Of a DNA stretch of 64,000 nt, positions 41,186 through 51,600 are shown piece after piece. The DNA comes from Clostridia bacterium. GTDB lineage: Bacteria > Bacillota > Clostridia > Oscillospirales > CAG-382. The position numbers and the translations under genes are program-made. The notes under the pieces are model-generated. The model saw only the letters and a list, made by a program, of their open reading frames with translations, ran no database searches and had not been told where the DNA came from. How positions within the stretch are numbered: the first letter of the stretch is position 1; each line of letters begins with the position of its first letter. The DNA lies in NCBI GenBank assembly GCA_017429165.1, contig JAFRPL010000032.1, forward strand, positions 173,007 to 237,006, written 5' to 3'.

Positions 41186-41214
41186 ATTGTAGCACAGACG
41201 CGCGGAATAGTCAA
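41186..41214 (-). promoter_or_regulatory. Promoter of yhhQ (TTGACT-17-TACAAT, minus strand)
   Basis: Reverse complement: TTGACT (41214..41209) and TACAAT (41191..41186). Confidence 0.55.
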
Positions 41215-41249
41215 TAGCAAAAAAACGGCGTTTTTACTTCCCTTTCTTT

Positions 41250-41285
41250 AAAAAAGAAAAAAGCCGGGCGGGTGCCGCGCCGGCT
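41250..41285 (-). terminator. Terminator ending the NRPS-containing operon
   Basis: On the minus strand, AGCCGG-12 nt-CCGGCT is followed by TTTTTTCTTTTTT. It lies 20 nt after the stop of the last DUF4434 gene. Confidence 0.6.
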
Positions 41286-41304
41286 GTTTTGATATTTGAC
41301 GTAT

Positions 41305-42213
41305 CTATCTCTTTGCGCCGTAATATTCCCTGTACAACCGGTTGAGGTTACGGGCGGAAAGGTATATCGACTGCGGACTTAAAAAATGCGAAAACTCAAA
41401 AGTGATAAGCTTTTCGACAATGCCTTCTACCGCCTTTATCCTGCGCTTGAGCTGATCGAAAGGGATCGGATAATACAGACGCCGGACGTCGCGTTCGAAC
41501 GTTTCCACGTTGGACCACAGCGCGATACCGTGTTTATCGCATACGGTCTTGACCGCGGAAACGTAGGCGGCAAGCTCGTCCAGCGGCGCGGTGCCGTCCT
41601 GGAAAGCGCAGAAATCTATATCTTTGCCGCATTTTTCCCAAATATAGTCCCACTCTTCGGCGGTGCGTTCGGGAGTGAACGGTTCGGCGGAAGTGACGGC
41701 AGAACGGAAGAACGGGCTCACGAGCACGTATTTTTCCGGAGTAGAATCTTTATACAGCGCCGCCAGGCCGCCCATAGTATCTTTGAGGTTGAGTATCCTG
41801 TCGTATCCTTCGTGCGGGACATACCATCCCTTGAACGACGGGATATCGCCGTAGCGCGCGACGAATTCCTTAATGAACTTTTTGTTCTGAGCGATCTCGT
41901 TTTTCCAGTCGCCGTTGTTCCATGTGAGATTGCTTATATATCCGCCCACGAAAACGGTCATATTGCGCTTTGCCGCTTCTCTGAGTATGAATCCGGCAAA
42001 ATCGTCGTCTTCGTCTTTGAGCGTGGGAAATATCTTTGAAGGATAAATGCATTTGCCGCAGAACACGGCGCGGGCGAAAATGAGGGTGTCTATGCCGACT
42101 TCGGCCATATTGTCGAGCTCTTTCGCCCATTCTTCGTAAGTCCAGTTGGAACACGGGATATCATAAGTGACGTCGTCGATAAAAGTGCCGGTTATGGGAA
42201 AGTTCGTTTTCAT
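41305..42213 (-). CDS. DUF4434-like TIM-barrel (glycoside-hydrolase-like) protein, paralog 1
   Basis: 302 aa. FPITGTFIDDVTYDIPCSNWTYEEWAKELDNMAEVGIDTLIF...GWYVPHEG. Confidence 0.8.
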   Translation of the reverse strand: MKTNFPITGTFIDDVTYDIPCSNWTYEEWAKELDNMAEVGIDTLIFARAVFCGKCIYPSKIFPTLKDEDDDFAGFILREAAKRNMTVFVGGYISNLTWNNGDWKNEIAQNKKFIKEFVARYGDIPSFKGWYVPHEGYDRILNLKDTMGGLAALYKDSTPEKYVLVSPFFRSAVTSAEPFTPERTAEEWDYIWEKCGKDIDFCAFQDGTAPLDELAAYVSAVKTVCDKHGIALWSNVETFERDVRRLYYPIPFDQLKRRIKAVEGIVEKLITFEFSHFLSPQSIYLSARNLNRLYREYYGAKR

Positions 42214-42236
42214 AAGATTGTCTTCCGCCTTTCGGT

Positions 42237-43145
42237 TTATTTGCTTTTGCCGCCGTAGTAACGTTTATAAAGATCGTGCAGGTTCCGCGCGGATATATAC
42301 ATGGACTGCGGACTTAAGAAATGCGAAAACTCAAACGTGATGCGCTTTGCGACTATACCTTCGACTTCTTTTATTTTTCGCTTGAGCAGGTCGAAAGCGA
42401 TGGGATAATACAGATTCCGCACGTCGCGTTCGAACGTTTCCACGTTGGACCACAGTTCTATGCCGTATTTTTCGCACACCGTTCCGACCGCCCTGAAATA
42501 CGAAGCCATATCCCCAAGCGGCGCGGTGCCGTCCTGGAACGCGCAGTAATCTATGAACCTGCCGTGTTTTTCAAAAATATAGTCCCATTCCTCGGCGGTG
42601 CGTTCGGGAGTGAACGGTTCCGTCGACGTGACCGAAGTCCTGAAAAACGGGCTGACGAGCACCGGTTTTTCGGGGCAAAGTTCTTTGCAGAGTTCGGCGA
42701 GGCCCATAATCTCTTTGAGGTTCAGTATACGGTCGTAGCCTTCGTGCGGGATATACCATCCCTTGAACGACGGGATATCGCCGTAGCGCGAGACGCATTC
42801 TTTTACGAATTTTTCGTTTTGCGAAAATTCCGTGCGCCAGTCGCCGCCGTTCCAGGTGAGGTCGCTTATATAGCCGCCCATAAAGACGTCCATTCCCCGT
42901 TTTGCCGCTTCGTTGAAGATGAACCCGGCGAAATCGTCGTCTTCGTCTTTTAGCGTGGGGAATATTTTTGAAGGATAGACGCATTTGTTTTCGAACGCGC
43001 CGCGGATGAATATGAGCGTGTCTATGCTCAATTCCGACATATAGTCGAGTTCGGCCGCCCACTGTTCACGCGTCCAGTTCGCTTCCGGTATGCCGTAAGT
43101 AATTTCGTCTATAAAAGTGCCGGTTATTGGGAAATCTCTTTTCAC
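42237..43145 (-). CDS. DUF4434-like TIM-barrel protein, paralog 2
   Basis: 302 aa with a GTG start. Collinear with paralog 1 over its full length and has many identical blocks (PSKIFPTLKDEDDDFAGFI, YGDIPSFKGWY, EPFTPERTAEEWDYI, WSNVETFERDVR). Confidence 0.8.
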   Translation of the reverse strand: MKRDFPITGTFIDEITYGIPEANWTREQWAAELDYMSELSIDTLIFIRGAFENKCVYPSKIFPTLKDEDDDFAGFIFNEAAKRGMDVFMGGYISDLTWNGGDWRTEFSQNEKFVKECVSRYGDIPSFKGWYIPHEGYDRILNLKEIMGLAELCKELCPEKPVLVSPFFRTSVTSTEPFTPERTAEEWDYIFEKHGRFIDYCAFQDGTAPLGDMASYFRAVGTVCEKYGIELWSNVETFERDVRNLYYPIAFDLLKRKIKEVEGIVAKRITFEFSHFLSPQSMYISARNLHDLYKRYYGGKSK

Positions 43146-43181
43146 AGACAGTATCAGCCGCCTTTCGTTCGGGTCGATCGT

Positions 43182-45359
43182 TCATTCCGGTATTTCGGAA
43201 GCTTTGCTCTTTTGCATATTCTTGGTGACGCACAGCCGGTTATAGCCGTCGACGCGCCGGTACGCGACCGTATCGGAAAGCGACCTGACGATCGTTATTC
43301 CGTTGCCCCCGCCGTCCGTATCGCCGTAAGACGCATCTTCGGCGGCAAGAGGGTCGAAAGCCGCGCCGTTGTCGGTAAGCGTCAATTCGAGCGTACCTTC
43401 CGCATAGCTGAATGCGAGCGATACATAAGGCGAAGGCACGCCTTCGAACGCGTACGAGATACAGTTGTTCAAAAGCTCGTCGATGATAATGCCGAGCTCG
43501 GAAGCGCATTCGGGATCGAACGGCCCGAAATGCTCTTCTACCCTGTCGCAGACCGCGGGGATATCGTCGTAGCGGGGATCGTTCAGCTCGATCTTAAGCG
43601 TGTCCGCAACGGAAGCGCAGAGCATAGTCACGTCGTCGAACTGCTCGGTTTCGCCCGCGAAACCGCAGAGCGAAGAGTAAAGGCTTTGCGTATAGTCTCC
43701 GGAACAGCTATCCATGACGCCGGCGATACGTCCGTAGCCGAACTCTTCTTCGGCGGTATTGATGCCCTCGTTGAGTCCGTCGGTGAACAGAAGCAGCACG
43801 TCGCCCGGCTCAAGCGTTATCTCGTCGCTTTCGTACGTCATGTTTTCAAAAGCGCCGAGTATGAAATTCGCTTCTTCGGCGATCTGTTCCGTGCGTCCCC
43901 CGTGCTTCAGGAACGGTTTTTCGTGCCCTCCGCGCAAAAAAGCGAGGCGGCCGGTGCGTTTGTCGTAGATCGCGAAAAACGCCGTTATGAAGAGCGCTTC
44001 CGCATTGTTGCGGCAGAGTTCTTCGTTTATGTCGCGTGCGAGCTTTGCAAGGTCGCTGTCTGCCAATACGCGCGCCTTTATCATTTCCTTCGTCATCATC
44101 ATGAACAAGGCGGCGGGCACCCCTTTGCCCGAAACGTCGGCTATATAGAAGAACAGGCGGTCTTCATCCAGCGGGAAATAATCGTAAAAGTCGCCGCCGA
44201 CTTCCTTTGCGGGGTGCAGAAAGCTCGTGATGCGCAGGTCGCCGAAACGCATTCCGCCTTCCGGAAGCGCCTCTTTTTGTATGCGCGAGGCGACGCCGAG
44301 TTCGGCATTGAGTTTTTCTTCTGCCGCGGTCTTTTCTGCCAGCGTGCCGGCGTAATCGACTATTGCGTTCTGCATGAGCCCGAACTTGGACGCGAGCTCG
44401 CCGATCTCGTCGCCGGTCTCGACGCCCGAAGGCACCGGAACGGGCTTTTCGCCGTTTTCAAGTTCCGTGGCGAACGATTCGGCAGACCGCGCGAGCTTTT
44501 TGATATTTCTGACAATAAGTATATCGGCAAACGCGAGATAAAACAGCGCCAGCACCAGCGTGGCAGCCAGCATGAGATACAGCGTGGAACGTGTGTAACC
44601 GTGCACGCTTTCCATGAGTTTTTCGGAATACTGTCCGTAGCAGACGTAAGCGACGGTCTCGCCGGTAGCGGGATCTTTTACCGGCGAAAGCGCGTAAAAC
44701 AATCCGTCGTCGTAAAACGCCGCGGGCGTTTCGCCGGAAAGCAGGACTTCGTTAAGCTTTTCGCCCGGTTTTTCTATTTCGCACGGAAAACAGTAGCCGT
44801 TCAGCGCTTCTTCGCCCGCCGCGCCGGTCTCGTCGTACGGTCCGTCGATAAGGTGGACTATGTTGCCGCGTTCGGAATCGTAAAAGAAAGCGAAACCTCT
44901 TTCGGCTTCGTTGGTCATTTTCACCAGACCGAGATACTGGACCGAAGCCATGTAATTCATCTTTCTTTCAATATTCTGAAACGTGGCGCCGAACGCCCCT
45001 TCGGGGGGAAACAGCCCGGCGATGAGCGAATCGTAATACTCCTTACGTTCTTCAAAGCTTGCAAACGACGCGCCGGGGCCGGCGCGGCTTTCGAGCTCCG
45101 CGAGATTTTCGTCATATATCGACTCTATCATAGAACGGTATTCAATAAAAAAGCTGATATAATTCTTTTCGAATATGCCCGCGGTGCTGTTCGCCGAATC
45201 GAGGCAGTCTTCCATCGCGTCGTTCTGCGCTTTTTGAGTAAAGAGGCGGTTGGTCGTAAAAACGGCGACGAAGATCAGGGCGACCGAAAGCGCCGCCGTG
45301 AGTAGCATCAGCTTATGCCGTATCCTGAAACGTCCGAACCGCTGACCGTTGTTTTTCAT
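43182..45359 (-). CDS. Sensor-HAMP-PP2C (SpoIIE-type) phosphatase fused to RsbW-like HATPase kinase domain
   Basis: 725 aa. TM1, a ~230-aa extracytoplasmic domain, TM2, and HAMP (DEIGELASKFGLMQNAI). PP2C motifs are GGDFYDYF, YIADVSGKGVPAALFM and LLLFTDGL. The C-terminal HATPase_c has ELLNNCISYAF, LTDNGAAFDP and GGNGITIV. Confidence 0.85.
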   Translation of the reverse strand: MKNNGQRFGRFRIRHKLMLLTAALSVALIFVAVFTTNRLFTQKAQNDAMEDCLDSANSTAGIFEKNYISFFIEYRSMIESIYDENLAELESRAGPGASFASFEERKEYYDSLIAGLFPPEGAFGATFQNIERKMNYMASVQYLGLVKMTNEAERGFAFFYDSERGNIVHLIDGPYDETGAAGEEALNGYCFPCEIEKPGEKLNEVLLSGETPAAFYDDGLFYALSPVKDPATGETVAYVCYGQYSEKLMESVHGYTRSTLYLMLAATLVLALFYLAFADILIVRNIKKLARSAESFATELENGEKPVPVPSGVETGDEIGELASKFGLMQNAIVDYAGTLAEKTAAEEKLNAELGVASRIQKEALPEGGMRFGDLRITSFLHPAKEVGGDFYDYFPLDEDRLFFYIADVSGKGVPAALFMMMTKEMIKARVLADSDLAKLARDINEELCRNNAEALFITAFFAIYDKRTGRLAFLRGGHEKPFLKHGGRTEQIAEEANFILGAFENMTYESDEITLEPGDVLLLFTDGLNEGINTAEEEFGYGRIAGVMDSCSGDYTQSLYSSLCGFAGETEQFDDVTMLCASVADTLKIELNDPRYDDIPAVCDRVEEHFGPFDPECASELGIIIDELLNNCISYAFEGVPSPYVSLAFSYAEGTLELTLTDNGAAFDPLAAEDASYGDTDGGGNGITIVRSLSDTVAYRRVDGYNRLCVTKNMQKSKASEIPE

Positions 45360-45655
45360 ACGATCGTGAACGTCTTGTTGAAGCCCGAAACAGCGAATAC
45401 TTCGCGTACCACCCTGCCGGGATTCCTTATGATGAGCTTTTTGCCGCAGGCAGCGGTCTGCTTATGCAGCGCCACGAGCAGACGGAGCCCGGCGGAAGAG
45501 ATATAATCGACTTCGGTAAAATCAAAGTCGATATCCACGCCGTCGGCGCCTACGGGATCGATCTTTGCTTTGAGATCGGCGCTGTTGACGGTGTCGAGTC
45601 TTCCGGAAGGCTTAAGGTAAAGCGTTCCGTTTTCTTTTTTGATGATTGCTTCCAT
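45356..45655 (-). CDS. STAS-domain anti-sigma-factor antagonist (SpoIIAA/RsbV-like)
   Basis: Trimmed to ATG 45655 (99 aa). DFTEVDYISSAGLRLLVAL contains the conserved phosphorylatable Ser context. The stop overlaps the downstream ATG (ATGA). Confidence 0.85.
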   Translation of the reverse strand: MEAIIKKENGTLYLKPSGRLDTVNSADLKAKIDPVGADGVDIDFDFTEVDYISSAGLRLLVALHKQTAACGKKLIIRNPGRVVREVFAVSGFNKTFTIV

Positions 45656-45690
45656 TTGCTGTTTCCTTTCTACTGTTGTGTGGGTATCTG

Positions 45691-48600
45691 TCAGACGTCT
45701 TCCCTGGTGAAATATCCGAGCGTGTCGAGCGATTCGATCATGCGGCGCAGATAGTTTTCGTCGGTTATGGGCCATTTGTATCCCAGACGGTACAGCGCCT
45801 TTACGGTAAACGTGTTATCGGTCTTTATAAAGGCGTGCACATGATGGTCGCTCGACGAATAGGTCAGCAGCGACGAAACGAGCAGACTGCGTTCCCCGTT
45901 CCTGAGGAAAGAGGACAGGCGTTCGGAAAACTCCTCTTCCGGAACGGTCTCGATATCGAATCCGCAGCGGTTCATTTCGGCTATCACGTCGCCCATCTGC
46001 ACCTCGTGAGAGTTTGCGGAATGGAACGTTGTGAACTTTTTATCGGTCTTTGCGAGCAATACGACCGTCTTTGCCACTTCATCGACCGGTGAAAAGTCGA
46101 CCGTGGAATCGCAGGCGGAGACCGGGAAACATCCGAGCGCCTCGTATGCTCTGAGACTCTTGATAAAGCTGTTGGTTATGGAATTGATCTGGAATTCGCC
46201 GTCGCTCTGGCGGCCCATGAGGTTGCCGACGCGTATCATCTTGGCGTCGAGCCCTTCGCCTATGGCGTCGATGATGGCTTTTTCGGCTTTGAATTTTGAG
46301 TTGACGTATTTGTTCGAAATATCCTGACCTACGTACAGGCGGTTTTCAGCCATCCTGAACGTGGGCTCGAACTTGCCGTCGATGTTTTCGCCGGCGACCG
46401 AAAGCGTGGATATCTGCACCAGGCGCGCGCCGTGCGATCCCGCCACCTTTATAAGGTTTTCCACACCGTGGAAATTGATCCTTTCGATAATGTCGTCGGA
46501 TGCGAAATGCTTGACGCACGCGGCGCTGTTGATGACGGTATCTATTCTTTCATCTTTCAGCTTTTCGGCAAGGTCGGCGTTGGTTATGTCGCCGTCGACG
46601 ACCTTGATGAGACCGCCGTATTCTTCCTCGAGCGGCGCGTCGAAATAATACGCCATCATAGCCGAAAGGCGCGTGGGCGCGTCGAGTTCATTGTTGCCGC
46701 GGCACAAAACGAGCGTTTCCACGCCGTTTCGCAGCAGCTCCCTTAAGATATGCGAACCCAGGAATCCCGTGGCGCCTGCCAGAAGCGTCCTGCCGAGCGG
46801 GCGTACGGCTGCTATTTCGTTGACGAAACGGACCGAATTGCATGCGAGCGCTTCCTCGCCGGAGATCTCGGCTGCCTCGTCTTCTTTACGCGAAGAGCCG
46901 TTTTGCGAACTGATATAATTTGCGAGCGAGCGGGCGGTGGGATTGTCGAAAACGTCCTTGTAAACCACGGGGTAGTTTTTGTTCATTGCGAACATGACCA
47001 CCTTGGCGGCGCTGATGGAAGTGCCGCCGAGCTCGAAGAAGTTATCGGTCGCGCCGACGGTTTCGACGCCGAGTATCCCCGCGAATACCTTGCAGAATTC
47101 GCGTTCGAGCTCGTTTTCGGGCTCGCTCTTCACGCCGGATTCGGCGCTGCGCACGGGAGCCGGCAGCGCGCGTTTATTGACTTTCTGGTTCTGGTTGAGC
47201 GGTATCTCGTCCAGCTGCATAAACGCCGCCGGGACCATATAAGGCGGTTTTTTGCTCTTTATGAATTCAGCCAGCGCGCGGAAATCCACTTTTTCGTCCG
47301 AAACGACGTAGGCGGCTATGAATTTTCCACCGAACGCCTTATCTTCGAACGCCTGTATCGTAACGTTCTTTATGCCCGGATATTCGCGCACAACGCTTTC
47401 GACTTCCGAAAGTTCTATGCGGAAACCGCGGATCTTGACCTGGCCGTCGTTTCTGCCGATAAAATCTATGCTTCCGTCGGAAAGGCGGCGGACGATATCA
47501 CCGGTACGGTAAACGCGCGAATAACGTTCGGAGGCGCTGAACGGATTGCTTATGAACGCCCTTGCCGTTTGCTCGGGAAGGTCGAGATATCCGCGCCCCA
47601 CGCCTGCGCCGGAGATCCAGAGTTCGCCAAGAGCGCCGGCAGGCAGACGGTCGCCGTTTTTATCCACGACGTACAGCCGGTAGTTCCATAGTGCCGAACC
47701 GATGGGATTGCGGTAATACAGGCGGTCGATCTTTTTGACGGTGGAAAAGATCGTGCATTCGGTCGGGCCGTAGACGTTCCACAAAGTATAGTTCTCGGGC
47801 GGGGCGATCGGCGCGAGCGTCTCGCCGCCGACGGAAAAGTGAGTAAGGCTTTTGCCCGGCATGTTCTCGGCGAACATGCGCCCCATCTGAGTAGTCATAA
47901 ACAGGTGCGAAACTTTATTTTCGGCAAGCGATGAATCGAGCTCGCCTAGATCGAGGCGCATATCCTCGGGGATGATATACACCGCCGCGCCGGAAGTAAG
48001 CGCGGGGTAAAGGTCCATCATATCCGCGTCGAAACCGAAACTGGCGTATGCGCCTACTACCGACTCGGAAGTGAGCGAATAGTGCGACTTGTACCACGTG
48101 CAGAAATTGACCAGATTCCCGTGCTCCAGCATAACGCCTTTGGGCGTTCCGGTGGTGCCGGAAGTATACAGCACTATGAACAGGTCGTTTCCGCCGAGGC
48201 GCGGGTACTCAGGAGTTTCCGCGGGGAGACCCGAGATATCGTCGATAAACAGCGTATCGCCGCCGTATTCCGAAAGCAGGCCGATAAGTCCGCGGTCGGA
48301 AACGACGAGTTTTGCGGAAGCGTTCTTCACCATAAAGTTGAGTCTTTCGGGCGGGTACGACGGATCGAGCGGTTCGTACGCCGCGCCGGCTTTGAGCGCG
48401 CCGATAGAGGCGATGACCATATATTCGCCCCTGGGCACGAGGATCGAAACGATATCCCCTTTGCCGACGCCGCGGCTTTGTATGTACGAAGCGACTTTAT
48501 CGGTGAGCGCGTCGAGCTCCTTGTATTTTATGTGTTTGCCGCGGAATATCACCGCGTCGTTTTCGGGATATCTGCGGGCGGCGCGCCTGAACAGCGTAAC

Positions 48601-51600
48601 GATATCGGTGTCTTCAACTTCGTATTCTGCCGACTGGGTACTGTCGATGCGCGCGGCTTCTTCGGCGGATAACATCTTTATGCCGTCCGTCGTGCCGCCC
48701 CGCATCATTTCGCGGAACACGGCGACGGTGCTTTCGATAAGCGATCTTATGCTCCATTCCTCGTAATAGCGCGCGTTGTATTCGCAGTCCAGACGGTAGC
48801 CGTTCGGAGTTTCGTAAACGAATACCGTAAGATCGGCTTTGAGCGTTCCGGTGCTGAGCTTTACGCTTTCGGCAGGTTTGCCGCCGACCGTGAAACCGAT
48901 TCCGATGGCGCCTTCGTAAACGAACATAACGTTCGCTTTGAGACCCGAATTGCGGGAAATTTCGGAAAACGGGTAAATATCGTTGGCCATATTATCGGTA
49001 AGCTGTTTTGCAATACGGCGCACCGCATCTATACATTTTTCGCCCTTGACGGCGGTAAATACCGCAGGCAGCGTTTTGACGTACATGCCCACCGAACCGT
49101 ACAGGCGCGAATCGCTCCTGCCGTTGTAGACCGTGGTGTAAACGCTGTCGTCGCGGCACAGGAATCTGGCGAGCGTGTAACCGAACGCGGCGTTCCAGAG
49201 CGCATTTGCGGTGACTCCCCCTTCTTTGAGGAAAGCCGAAAGCGCGGCGGCGTCCGAATCGGCATCCACCGAAAAGCCGCCGACGGCGTCTTTGCCTTCA
49301 TCGCGGTCACGGATGGGCACGCACTCGGTATCGACGGGATCGAGGAGTTTTTCGTAATAGGCTTTGCCCTTACCGTAATCCCCGCCCTTGAGCCGTTCGG
49401 CTTCGTCCAGCGCGAATTCGTATCCCGTGTATTTTTCGATCTCTATTCCGTTTCCGCCGTACGCGGCGTCGAGTTCGCGGAGGAACACGACCAGCGATTC
49501 GCCGTCGAAAACGATATGATGCGCGTCAATGAACAAATACTTGTCGCCGTCACCGCTCACGATGCAGGCGCGGAACAGGTCGTCTTTAAGCAGTTCGAAC
49601 GGCCTGACGAGTCCTTCGAGCCCGCCGGGGATATCGCTTTCAGACACGAGCCCGACTTCTATGCGGCGCGAATCGTCGCGCAAAGCGTAAACGCCGCCGT
49701 CTTCCGCGGATATGACGCGCATTTTGAGATACGGGTGCGCGTCGATCACTGTATTCAGCGCGCCGCGCAGGCGGCCGGTATCGACTGCCGGATCGAGTTT
49801 CAAAAGCAGCGGGATATTGTAGATCGTCGTGCCGGGGTGCGTGGTACATTCGACGAAAATGCCTTCCTGAGTTTTGGTGAGCGGATACTTATCGCGTAAT
49901 TCATAAGTCTTTTCACGCTCCGCGCCTCCGATGGAAGCCGCGAGCGAACGAACCGTGGGGTGCGACGCGAGCTCGGAATTCGAAAAGCTTCGGCCGAACT
50001 CCTTGGAAAGTCTTATCGCAAACCGTATTGAAGACACCGACGTGAGGCCCGCGTCGGCAAAATCGGTAGTGACGCCGAAATCCTCGTGGCCCAATATACC
50101 GCTTAAAATGCCGAATATCACGGTTTCGGCTTCCCCCGAAGGAGGCACGGCGTCGGTCTTTTGCAGCTTGGGTTCGGGCAGCGCCTTTTTATTCACCTTC
50201 TGATTCTGGTTGAGCGGTATCCTGTCGATCTGCATTATATAAGCGGGGACCATATAGGGCGGCTTGTTTTTGCGTATGAAATCCGCTATCGCCGCCGTGT
50301 CGGCTTTTCCGTCGCAGACGACGTACGCCGCGATGAACCTGACGCCCGAAGGGTCGGCAAAATCCTTTACCGTGGCGTCCTTTACGCCGGGATATTTGCG
50401 TATTATCTCCTCGACTTCCGAAAGCTCTACGCGGAAGCCGCGGATCTTCACCTGACCGTCGCTGCGGCCGAGGAAATCGATGTTCCCGTCGGGCAGCATA
50501 CGCACGATATCGCCCGTCTTATACATACGGGCAAAGCGCGGATCGGAATCGAACGGGTTTTTGATATACGCTTTTTCAGTCTCCTCAGGACGGTTCAGAT
50601 ATCCGCGGGAAACGCACGGTCCGGCGATATAAAGCTCGCCTTTCGCCATACGAGGCAGACGTTTCTTTTCCGAATCGAGGATATAGAATTTGTAATTGCT
50701 GTTGTGTTTGCCCACGGGAACGCGGTGATAGCGTTTATCCACCGGCTGTTTGCAGCAGAACACGGTGCCTTCCGTGGGTCCATAGCCGTTGTAGAATTTA
50801 TAACCTTTCGGGGGATCGAGCGGAACGAGCTTTTCGCCGCCGACGATAAAGTGTTTGAGCGTTTTGAATTCGATCTCTTCCGCCGCCTGCCTGCCGACCT
50901 GGGTGGTTATGACCGTGTGTGTGATGCCGACTTCGTTGAAATATTCGCCCAAAGCGACAAGATCGAGACGCATTTCCTCGGGGATGACGTAAACAGCGCC
51001 GCCGCTCGTCATCGCGGGATAAATATCCTGCATATCGGCGTCGAAGCCGTAGGAAGCGTATGCGGACATCCTGGAGTCGGGGCCGCATTCGAATTCACGG
51101 TGACAGTATTTGCAAAAATTGAGTATGTTGACGTGCTCGATCATAACGCCTTTAGGCTTGCCGGTCGTGCCCGAGGTATAGAGCAATATGAACAGATCGT
51201 TGGGTTTGATATCCGCCTTGAACGGAGCGGCGTAAGGAAGATCGCAAAGCTCGTCCGTATAGAGCACGAGCCCTTTGAAATCCTTTATAAGGCCGTCGTA
51301 TCTGCGGTCGAGTATCAGCGCTTCAGCGCTCGCGTCTTCGACCATAAAGCAAAGGCGCTCCGCAGGATACGTAGGATCCAGCGGCTGATACGCGGCGCCG
51401 CTCTTGATGACGCCGAGACTGGCGAGCACGATATATTCGCTCTTGTCGATCAGCACCGATACCACGTCTTCTCTGCCGATGCCTTCGGCGCGGAGCCGGG
51501 CGGCGATGCGATCGGTGATAAGGTCGGCTTCTTTATAAGTGTATTTGCGGTCTTTGAAGACCACGAGCGTATTGTCGGGATTCTTTTCGACCTGCTCGCG

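Noticed and set aside
43212-45305. 697-aa plus-strand ORF
   Set aside because: It is the shadow frame of the PP2C-kinase gene. It is Arg/Phe/Val-rich with no motifs, whereas the minus-strand frame has clear HAMP, PP2C and HATPase motifs.
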